A stretch of 64,000 nt of DNA from an uncultured delta proteobacterium. Its GTDB lineage: Bacteria > Desulfobacterota > Binatia > JACPRU01. Below the pieces are notes generated by a model that ran no database searches, was not told the origin of the DNA, and saw only the letters and a program-made list of their open reading frames with translations. Position numbers and translations under genes: made by a program. Positions within the stretch are counted from its first letter, which is position 1. Each line of letters starts with the position of its first letter. Of the stretch, positions 53,811-61,049 are shown piece by piece. Location of the stretch: assembly GCA_963790365.1 (NCBI GenBank), contig CAWBOU010000016.1, positions 141,783-205,782 on the forward strand. Direction: 5' to 3'.

Positions 53811-54853
53811 AGGAGGGCGGCGAAACGCTGCTTGATTCTGCGCTCGATCGAGCGCCCGAACGCGAGCGCGAGCAGTGGATCCTCGCCGCGCTGCGCGCGG
53901 AATGCGAGTTTGCGGCAAGCAACGTGCCGTTCTGGTCGGAGCGGTTTCGCGACGCGAACGTAGGGCCTGAGACGATCGGTGCGGTCGACGATCTTCGACG
54001 TCTCCCCTTGTTGACGAAGCGCGAGCTGCGCTCGCTCGCGCCGTTCGATCTCGTTCCGCCGGCGAGCCGTCATCGTCTGTACCTCTGTCGGAGCACGAGC
54101 GGCACGACCGGCACGCCGACCTCGGTCTTCTGGACGAGGGCCGACTGGCGGGCGCTGATCGAGACGATGGCGCGAGCTCTCGGCGATCACCGTCCGGAGG
54201 GCGAGCTCATCGCCTTCAACGGCTATCACCTCGGGCACGCGGCGGGCCGCGGCTACGAGGACGTCGTTCGTCTGCTCGGCGGCACGAGCGTGCCTCGTCA
54301 CTACCTCGCGGACGACGAAGCAGCGACGCTCGAGCAGCTCGGCGCGTTCGGTTGCAATACGTTGATCCTCACCCAGCGCTCGGGACTGAAGAAGAGCGGT
54401 CGGGCGGTCGAGGACCTGATGCGTCACGACGGCGACTTCTTCGCTCGCTACGGGATTCGTTGGTGGCTGGGCTCGAGCAGCACGTTCACCGCGGAGGTCC
54501 GCGAGACCGCAGTGCGCCAAGGCGTCCGCGCCGTGACGAACCTGTATGGCTCGTCGGAGTTCGGCACGCTCGCCGTGTCGTGCCGAGCTCGGCCCGAAGA
54601 GTTCCACCTCGCGTTCGGACACGTCTTCGTCGAAGTGGTGGGAGCGGACGGCGTCGCCGTGAGCTCCGGCGAGCGCGGCCGGATCGTCGTCAGTCATCTT
54701 CTCGCATCGCACCCCGACGGCGGCCGGGGGCCGCACGAAGGGTCGCAGCTCCTTCGCCTCGACAACGGCGACGACGCGACGTTCTTCGCGGGCGCGTGCG
54801 CTTGCGGCTTGACGACGCCGCGGATTCGCGACGTTCGCCGCGGCGAGAGCTGA
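53726..54853 (+). CDS. Adenylate-forming enzyme, phenylacetate-CoA ligase/CapK (COG1541)-like
   Basis: This is the in-frame part of track 53078..54853. It has 'SNVPFWSERFRDA', 'LPLLTKRELR' and the P-loop 'STSGTTGTPTSVFWT', 'YGSSEFG'. The only canonical in-frame start upstream of the conserved N-terminus is ATG 53726, which overlaps the upstream gene by 85 nt. The start is uncertain. Confidence 0.65.
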   Translation: MGSRRGDRRRGRSSPVRALRLRRRDVVLEEGGETLLDSALDRAPEREREQWILAALRAECEFAASNVPFWSERFRDANVGPETIGAVDDLRRLPLLTKRELRSLAPFDLVPPASRHRLYLCRSTSGTTGTPTSVFWTRADWRALIETMARALGDHRPEGELIAFNGYHLGHAAGRGYEDVVRLLGGTSVPRHYLADDEAATLEQLGAFGCNTLILTQRSGLKKSGRAVEDLMRHDGDFFARYGIRWWLGSSSTFTAEVRETAVRQGVRAVTNLYGSSEFGTLAVSCRARPEEFHLAFGHVFVEVVGADGVAVSSGERGRIVVSHLLASHPDGGRGPHEGSQLLRLDNGDDATFFAGACACGLTTPRIRDVRRGES

Positions 54854-54856
54854 CGC

Positions 54857-56650
54857 TCAGGGCTCGTGTCGGACGAGCACCCCGTCGACCGGCGGGTCGG
54901 CGACGACCTCACGCTGGCCGCTCGGCCACACGATCTCCAGGCGCTCGACGCGCGTGGCGGAGCCGAGGCCGAGCGTCACCTCCGGCTCCGACTGAGAGAG
55001 GTATCCGCGGGTGGGCATGACTTGCCGCGATCGCGTCTGCCCGTCGACGCGAGCGTTCACGAGCGCGCCGATCGCCTGCCGGTTCTTCCCCTTGCCGACC
55101 AATCGGAGCCGCAGCCAATGATGTCGGAGCGCTTGATCGTTGCGGAGGAGCAACGGGGGCCCGCCGATTTGGACGAGGATCACGTCCAGATCGCCGTCGC
55201 CTTCGATGTCCGCGTAGGCGGAGCCGCGGCCCGCGATCGGGCGGAAGACGTCGGCGCCGGCGTGTGATTCGGGAACCGGCAGGAACGCGGGCGATCGATC
55301 GCCGCCGCGGTTCCAAAAGAGCTGTGCCGGTTGGAGATAGCGTTGCTCGGGCTGGATCTTCTCGATGTCGGGCTCGATGTGTCCGTTCGCGCTCATGAGA
55401 TCGAGCCGACCGTCGAGGTCGTAGTCGAAGAAGAAGAGCCCGAATTTCAAAAGCGCCTGGCTCGCCGTGCCGACGCCCTCGGCGATCGCGCGATCGGCGA
55501 ACACCACCTCGTCGCGACGCGAGACGTAGAGCGAGTTCATCTCGTTCGCAAAGTTGCCGATCGCGATCCCGAGCGCGTCGTCGTTGCGAAAACGCGCCGA
55601 ATCGATCCCCATCGCGCCGCGCGTCTGTCCGAAGCTGTCGAATGCGACGCCGGCGATCGCGCCGATCTCCTCGAACCCTTTCCCCTCCCGATTGCGAAAG
55701 ACGAAGTTCTGCACGGTGTCGTTCGCGACGACGAGATCGATCCACCCGTCATCGTCCAGATCGACGGGGGCGACTCCCAGGGATTTCGCGAGCGGCGCTT
55801 CCGTCGCCGGGTTCCGCACGTGCAAACCGGCTTGCTTTGCGACCTCGGTGAAGCGCCCGCCGCCGTCGTTGCGATAGAGGTAAGGGAAGCTGCCCGCGAA
55901 GTGCAGCGGCGGCCCATACGCGCGGCCGATCCCGGGCAGGCGGTAGTCGACGGCGAGATCGATCTCCCGGGTCCACCGCACGTAGTTGGCGACGAACAGG
56001 TCGAGGTCCTGGTCGCCGTCGACGTCGAGCCACGCCGCGCTCGTGCTCCAGTCGGCCGGGTCGCCGGCGACGTTCGCCTCGGTGGTGACGTCCGCGAAGC
56101 GGCCGCCGCCCAGATTGCGAAAGAGGCGGTTGCCGCCGACGGCAGTCACGAAGAGATCGATGCGATCGTCCGCGTCGAAATCGGCCGCCGCGGCGCCCAT
56201 GCCGTAGAGCTGGACGTCGAGGCCCGATCCCGCCGTCACGTCGGCAAAGCGGCCGCCGTCGTTGCGAAGGAGCGCGAGTGACGGTCGTGAGTCGCGGGCT
56301 TCGCGCCAGGGCCAATCGCGGCCGCCGACGAGGACGAGGTCGGGATCTCCGTCGCCGTCGAAGTCGAAGAAAGCGACGCCGCCGCCCATCGTCTCCGGGA
56401 GGAGCTTTTCGCCGTAAGCGCCGTTCCGGTGGACGAAATCGATGCCGGCCGAGCGGGTGACGTCGACGAAGCGCACAGAGGGAATTCCCTCGGTTTGGCG
56501 CGAGCCGACGCCGGTGGTTCCCGGGAGCTCGTAAGGCCGGGACCACCACAGGGCGAGCCCGCCCAGCAGCAACGCCGTCACGGCGGCCGCGCCCAGGGCG
56601 CGGCGCGCGAAGCTCGCGGCCTTGTCGTCCACCGCGCGCCCCTCTATCAT
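54857..56650 (-). CDS. CRTAC1-type FG-GAP/ASPIC protein (N-terminal TM anchor)
   Basis: Track ORF 54857..57535. I start it at ATG 56650 (MIEGRAVDDKAASFARRALGAAAVTALLLGGLALWW). It has the loops 'DFDGDGDPD', 'DFDADDRID', 'DVDGDQDLD', 'DLDDDGWID', 'DYDLDGRLD' and 'DIEGDGDLD'. The ASPIC tail reads 'HHWLRLRLVG...VTLGLGSATRVERLEIVWPSG'. Confidence 0.85.
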   Translation of the reverse strand: MIEGRAVDDKAASFARRALGAAAVTALLLGGLALWWSRPYELPGTTGVGSRQTEGIPSVRFVDVTRSAGIDFVHRNGAYGEKLLPETMGGGVAFFDFDGDGDPDLVLVGGRDWPWREARDSRPSLALLRNDGGRFADVTAGSGLDVQLYGMGAAAADFDADDRIDLFVTAVGGNRLFRNLGGGRFADVTTEANVAGDPADWSTSAAWLDVDGDQDLDLFVANYVRWTREIDLAVDYRLPGIGRAYGPPLHFAGSFPYLYRNDGGGRFTEVAKQAGLHVRNPATEAPLAKSLGVAPVDLDDDGWIDLVVANDTVQNFVFRNREGKGFEEIGAIAGVAFDSFGQTRGAMGIDSARFRNDDALGIAIGNFANEMNSLYVSRRDEVVFADRAIAEGVGTASQALLKFGLFFFDYDLDGRLDLMSANGHIEPDIEKIQPEQRYLQPAQLFWNRGGDRSPAFLPVPESHAGADVFRPIAGRGSAYADIEGDGDLDVILVQIGGPPLLLRNDQALRHHWLRLRLVGKGKNRQAIGALVNARVDGQTRSRQVMPTRGYLSQSEPEVTLGLGSATRVERLEIVWPSGQREVVADPPVDGVLVRHEP

Positions 56651-56695
56651 CCCTCGGCTGGTCGCAGGAACTTCCGAGCTCGGAGATTGCCCCCG

Positions 56696-57808
56696 GTGAC
56701 CGACACGTCCGTCTGGCATCTGCGGCTCGTCCGCGCGGCGTTCTGGTTCGCTTGCTGGACGCTGATCGGGCTTTCTTTCGCGGGCCAGTTCTACATCTCG
56801 AGCGCCAAGGCCGGGGTGGACGTGGGGATCGGCCAGGCCGTGAATTGGGCGCTCGGGGACTGGTACGTCTTCGCGGCGCTTTCGCTCGGAGTCGTGCGGC
56901 TCGCGCGCCGCTTCCCCTTCGAGCCGAGCGAGTGGAAGAGGAGCTTGGTCGTTCACACGTTCGCGAGCGTGCTGTTTTCGTTCGCGTACATGGCGGCTCG
57001 CGCTTGGGTCGGCCAGCTGCAGCAATGGCTCGCCGGTCAGCCCGCGTCTTTCGAGGCGACGTTCGTGCCGCTTCTCGTGAAGACGTGGCACTTCAACGTC
57101 CTGGTGTTCTGGGTGATCGTCGCCGTGACCCAGGCCATCGACTATTCGCGGAAGTACCGAGAGCGCGAGCTGAGCGCGGCGGAGCTCGAGACACACCTCG
57201 CCCGGGCGCGCCTTCGCGCGCTGCAGATGCAGCTGAACCCGCATTTTCTGTTCAATACGCTCCATGCGATCTCCACGCTCATGCACCGCGACGTCGAGGC
57301 TGCGGATCGAATGATCGCGCGGTTGAGCGAGCTCTTGCGGCGCACGCTCGAAGGACACGACGCCCAAGAGGTGCGCCTGGCGGACGAGCTCGATTTTCTG
57401 AACGGCTACCTCGAGATCGAGCGTGCTCGCTTCGGTGAGCGCCTCACCGTACGGCTCGACGTCGCGCCGGACGTGCTCGACGCTCAGGTGCCGAGCCTGA
57501 TTCTCCAGCCGCTCGTCGAGAACGCGATCCGCCACGGGATCGAGCCGAACCCCGGCGCCGGGCGCGTGGAGGTCGCCGTGCGCCGTGACGGGGACATGCT
57601 GATCGTGACGATCGAGGACAACGGTCGCGGCCTACCCGAGAAGATCGACGAGCGCGTCGGGCTCGCGAACACGCGCGCGCGCCTTAGGCACCTCTACGGC
57701 GATCGACACGAGTTCGATCTCTCCGACGCGCCGGGCGGTGGTCTGCGGGCCAGGATGGTGATCCCGCTGCGCGTGACCGCGCGCGCGGTCGCCGGTGTCG
57801 CCGCGTGA
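56696..57808 (+). CDS. Sensor histidine kinase, LytS/YehU-type (His_kinase + HATPase_c)
   Basis: This is the in-frame part of track 56429..57808, from GTG 56696 (GGAG 10 nt upstream). It has about 4 TM helices, then 'LRALQMQLNPHFLFNTLHAIS', 'ELDFLNGYLEIERARFGERL', 'PSLILQPLVENAIRHG' and 'DNGRGL'. Confidence 0.85.
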   Translation: MTDTSVWHLRLVRAAFWFACWTLIGLSFAGQFYISSAKAGVDVGIGQAVNWALGDWYVFAALSLGVVRLARRFPFEPSEWKRSLVVHTFASVLFSFAYMAARAWVGQLQQWLAGQPASFEATFVPLLVKTWHFNVLVFWVIVAVTQAIDYSRKYRERELSAAELETHLARARLRALQMQLNPHFLFNTLHAISTLMHRDVEAADRMIARLSELLRRTLEGHDAQEVRLADELDFLNGYLEIERARFGERLTVRLDVAPDVLDAQVPSLILQPLVENAIRHGIEPNPGAGRVEVAVRRDGDMLIVTIEDNGRGLPEKIDERVGLANTRARLRHLYGDRHEFDLSDAPGGGLRARMVIPLRVTARAVAGVAA

Positions 57809-58569
57809 AGCTTCGCGTCCTCATCGTCGACGACGAGCCGCTCGCGCGGGAGCGTCTCAGAGGGCTTCTCGCCGAGGAGCCGGACGTGGAGATCGTCGGC
57901 GAATCTGCCGACGGGTGGGAGGCGGTGCGCGCCGTCCGAGCGTCGACGCCGGATGTGCTCTTTCTGGACGTGCAGATGCCCGGCCTCGACGGGTTCGGTG
58001 TCGTCGAGACGTTGGGGCCCGGCGCGGTGCCCGCGGTGGTGTTCGTCACCGCCTTCGACCGCTTCGCGATTCGTGCGTTCGAGGTGCACGCCGTCGACTA
58101 CCTGTTGAAACCATTCGACCGCAGTCGTTTCCGCGAAGCGCTCGCGCGCGCGTCGGCGCGCGTCGGGCGAGCCGCGCCGGCGCCTGACGTCGCGCTCGAG
58201 AAGCTGATCGGCGATCTCAAGTCGCAGATCGAGCGACCGCGTCGATTGGCGATCAAGGAGCAAGGGCGCATCCTGTTCCTCGACGTCGAGGAGATCGACT
58301 GGATCGAAGGCGACGACAACTATGCCGTCGTGCACGTCGGGCCGGGCTCCCACCGAACGCGCGAGACGTTGACGGCGCTCGAGCGGCGGCTTCCGGCGGA
58401 ACGCTTCGTCCGGGTCAGTCGCTCCGCCATCGTCAATCTGGAGCGGGTGCGCGAGATGCATCCGATGTTTCACGGCGACCAAGTCGTCATCCTCAAGGAC
58501 GGCACCAAGGTTCCGGTGAGTCGCGGACATCGGGCACGTCTCGTGCCCCTGCTCGGGCGAGACGGCTAG
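57805..58569 (+). CDS. LytR/AlgR-family response regulator (REC + LytTR DNA-binding domain)
   Basis: Track ORF. The GTG overlaps the kinase stop (GTGA). It has 'RVLIVDDEPLARERL', 'DVLFLDVQMPGLDG', 'VDYLLKPF' and the LytTR part 'ILFLDVEEIDWIEGDDNYAVVH..SRSAIVNLERVREM'. Confidence 0.9.
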   Translation: MKLRVLIVDDEPLARERLRGLLAEEPDVEIVGESADGWEAVRAVRASTPDVLFLDVQMPGLDGFGVVETLGPGAVPAVVFVTAFDRFAIRAFEVHAVDYLLKPFDRSRFREALARASARVGRAAPAPDVALEKLIGDLKSQIERPRRLAIKEQGRILFLDVEEIDWIEGDDNYAVVHVGPGSHRTRETLTALERRLPAERFVRVSRSAIVNLERVREMHPMFHGDQVVILKDGTKVPVSRGHRARLVPLLGRDG

Positions 58570-58651
58570 AGGCGTTCGCCTCCAACGGCGAGCAGCTCGC
58601 CTCGCGAGCGCGGCATTCTACCCCAGGAAACCGTCGGTTTTCCGTCCGTTC

Positions 58652-60916
58652 GTGTATGAGCGCGCGCGGATGCGCCTCGCCAAGCCTGCGGTTCTCACCG
58701 CACTCTGCGCAGGAGTCGCCGCACTCGTGTGGTGGACGACGAAGGACCCGGAGCCGCCGCGCCCGAAGTCCGGTACGCAAGCAATGGTTCGGCTTCTGGC
58801 CGAGCTGGCCGAATCGATTGCCGTACCGGAGAATCTCTTCGATTCGCGACCCTGGCTCGCGGCGGCCGAGAAGGAAGCAGCGAACGGCGGCGGCGAGGAG
58901 CAACCTCAGCTCGCCCGGGAACACGGCGACCGCCTCGTGATCGCCGGACGGACGCGCGAGGCAGTCGAGCGCTTGGAGAGGCTCGAGCGCCGGGTCGACG
59001 AAGACTCCACGGGCTTGCCGCCCAACTTCGCCGGGCGCGTCGGTCGGTCCCTCGGCATCGCGCGGCTACGGCTCGCCGAGGAACAGAACTGCATCACCAA
59101 CCACAACGCCGATTCCTGTCTCCTGCCGATCCGGAACGGCGGTATCCATCGCATTCAAGAAAGCGGGCGGGAGGCGATCCGTGTCTATCGCAAGCTGCTC
59201 GAGGCGGACTCGAACGATCTCCATTCCCGCTGGATGCTGAACTTGGCGTACCAGACGGTCGGCGAGTATCCGCGCGAGGTTCCCCCGCAATGGCTCATTC
59301 CGCCGGCAGCCTTCGAATCGGATGCCGACATCGGCCGGTTTCGCGACGTCGCGTCCGACGTCGGTCTCGCGGGCTCCGGCGTCGCGGGTGGCAGCGTGCT
59401 CGAGGATTTCGACCGAGACGGTGACCTCGACGTGATGTCTTCCTCGATGGGAGTCGAGGATCAGCTGCGCTACTTCCGGAACGACGGAGACGGACGGTTC
59501 ACGGATCGCACGAAGGAAAGCGGAATCACGGGCCTGACCGGCGGCCTCAACATGACGCACGCCGATTACGACAACGACGGCTGGCCCGACGTGCTCGTCC
59601 TGCGCGGCGGATGGTTCGAGTCGTTCGGGGTGTTTCCGAGCTCGCTTCTGCGAAACAACGGAGACGGCACCTTCGACGACGTGACCGAGGCGGCCGGCTT
59701 GATGAATTTTCACCCGACGCAGACCGCAGCGTGGGGCGACTTCGACAACGACGGCTGGCTCGATCTCTACATCGGCAACGAGGACAGCCCCAAGGACGAC
59801 CATCCTTCGCGGCTGTTCCGCAATCGCGGGGACGGCACGTTCGTCGACGTCACGAAGGACTGCGGCGTCGCCCTGCGAGCGTACGTCAAAGGCGTGACGT
59901 GGGGTGACTACGACAACGACGGGCGCCTCGATCTCCACGTCTCGGTCCTCGGCAGAGGGAACGTGCTCTTCCACAACGAAGGGCCGAGCGCGTCGGGACA
60001 ATGGCGCTTTCGGAACGCGACCCGCGAAGCCCGCGTCGGCGGCCCACGTCAGAGCTTCGCCACGTGGTTCTGGGACTACGACAACGACGGGTGGCTGGAT
60101 CTCTACGTCGCGTCGTTCCCCAGGATGTATCCGCCGGGCGTCGCCTACGCGGCCGCCGCCGAGTCATTGGGCATCCCGATCGAGGCGGATCATCCGCGCC
60201 TCTACCACAACGAACGCAACGGCACGTTCCGCAACGTCACCGAAGAAGCCCGCGTCGCGCGTGTCGAGTACGCGATGGGATCGAACTTCGGCGACCTCGA
60301 CAACGACGGCTTCCTGGATTTCTATCTCGGGACCGGCGCGCCGGAATTCGATGCGCTCGTGCCCAATCGGATGTACCGCAATGCCGAAGGCAAGTACTTC
60401 CAGGACGTGACGACCTCGGGGGGCTTCGGCCATCTCCAGAAGGGGCATGGGGTCGCGTTCGGTGACGTCGACAACGACGGGGACCAGGACGTCTACGCCG
60501 ACATGGGCGGAGCGTTCTTCGGCGACATCTACCGCAACGCGCTGTTCGAGAACCCGGGCCACGGCAACCACTGGATCACCTTGAAGCTCGTCGGCTCGCG
60601 GTCGAACCGTTCGGCGATCGGGGCGCGACTGCGCCTATCCGTCGAAGGTCCAGAAGGGGACCGGGACGTCTTCGCGACGGTCTCGACGGGAGGCAGCTTC
60701 GGCTCTTCCAGCCTCCAGCAGGAGATCGGCCTCGGCCGTGCGACGCGGATCCGCGAGTTGGAAGTCCGCTGGCCGATCGGCGGGTCGCCGCAGGTCTTCC
60801 GGGATCTCGCCGTCGACCAAGTGCTCGAGATCCGCGAAGGCGAAGATCGCGTGATTCCCGTGGAGACGCGCCGGTTTCGCCTCGGCCGCGTCGCGGTCGC
60901 GAAGAAGCACCACTGA
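58652..60916 (+). CDS. CRTAC1-type FG-GAP/ASPIC protein with an N-terminal helical (TPR-like) region
   Basis: Track ORF, with an alternative start at 58670 (MRLAKPAV). It has a TM/signal region and the loops 'DFDRDGDLD', 'DYDNDGWPD', 'DFDNDGWLD', 'DYDNDGRLD', 'DYDNDGWLD', 'DLDNDGFLD' and 'DVDNDGDQD'. The ASPIC tail reads 'NHWITLKLVG..GARLRLSV...EIGLGRATRIRELEVRWPIG'. Confidence 0.85.
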   Translation: MYERARMRLAKPAVLTALCAGVAALVWWTTKDPEPPRPKSGTQAMVRLLAELAESIAVPENLFDSRPWLAAAEKEAANGGGEEQPQLAREHGDRLVIAGRTREAVERLERLERRVDEDSTGLPPNFAGRVGRSLGIARLRLAEEQNCITNHNADSCLLPIRNGGIHRIQESGREAIRVYRKLLEADSNDLHSRWMLNLAYQTVGEYPREVPPQWLIPPAAFESDADIGRFRDVASDVGLAGSGVAGGSVLEDFDRDGDLDVMSSSMGVEDQLRYFRNDGDGRFTDRTKESGITGLTGGLNMTHADYDNDGWPDVLVLRGGWFESFGVFPSSLLRNNGDGTFDDVTEAAGLMNFHPTQTAAWGDFDNDGWLDLYIGNEDSPKDDHPSRLFRNRGDGTFVDVTKDCGVALRAYVKGVTWGDYDNDGRLDLHVSVLGRGNVLFHNEGPSASGQWRFRNATREARVGGPRQSFATWFWDYDNDGWLDLYVASFPRMYPPGVAYAAAAESLGIPIEADHPRLYHNERNGTFRNVTEEARVARVEYAMGSNFGDLDNDGFLDFYLGTGAPEFDALVPNRMYRNAEGKYFQDVTTSGGFGHLQKGHGVAFGDVDNDGDQDVYADMGGAFFGDIYRNALFENPGHGNHWITLKLVGSRSNRSAIGARLRLSVEGPEGDRDVFATVSTGGSFGSSSLQQEIGLGRATRIRELEVRWPIGGSPQVFRDLAVDQVLEIREGEDRVIPVETRRFRLGRVAVAKKHH

Positions 60917-60941
60917 GGACCCCTTCCCACCCCCGCCGCGA

Positions 60942-60964
60942 GCCGCTTCGCCCCCCCAAGCGGC
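60942..60964 (+). terminator. Candidate hairpin terminator (no U-tract)
   Basis: gccgctt (60942-60948) pairs with aagcggc (60958-60964), with a 9-nt C-rich loop, 26 nt after the stop of 58652..60916. It lacks a T-run, so function is uncertain. Confidence 0.3.
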
Positions 60965-61049
60965 GCTTCACCACCAGATCATTGCCAATCGCCGCCGATC
61001 GTCCGATCTTCCCCCGGCTCGCCACCGATCCACATTCGGAGCACCCTCG

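Noticed and set aside
56651-57535. A 295-aa N-terminal extension of ORF 54857..57535(-).
   Set aside because: It is antisense to the LytS-type kinase. The CRTAC1-type protein has a sensible TM-anchored start at ATG 56650.
58571-58601. Two short GC hairpins after the response-regulator stop: gaggc-gttc-gcctc, and ggcgag-cag-ctcgcc at 58587-58601.
   Set aside because: The stems are 5-6 bp with no U-tract. Such palindromes are frequent in GC-rich DNA, so this is not reported as a terminator.
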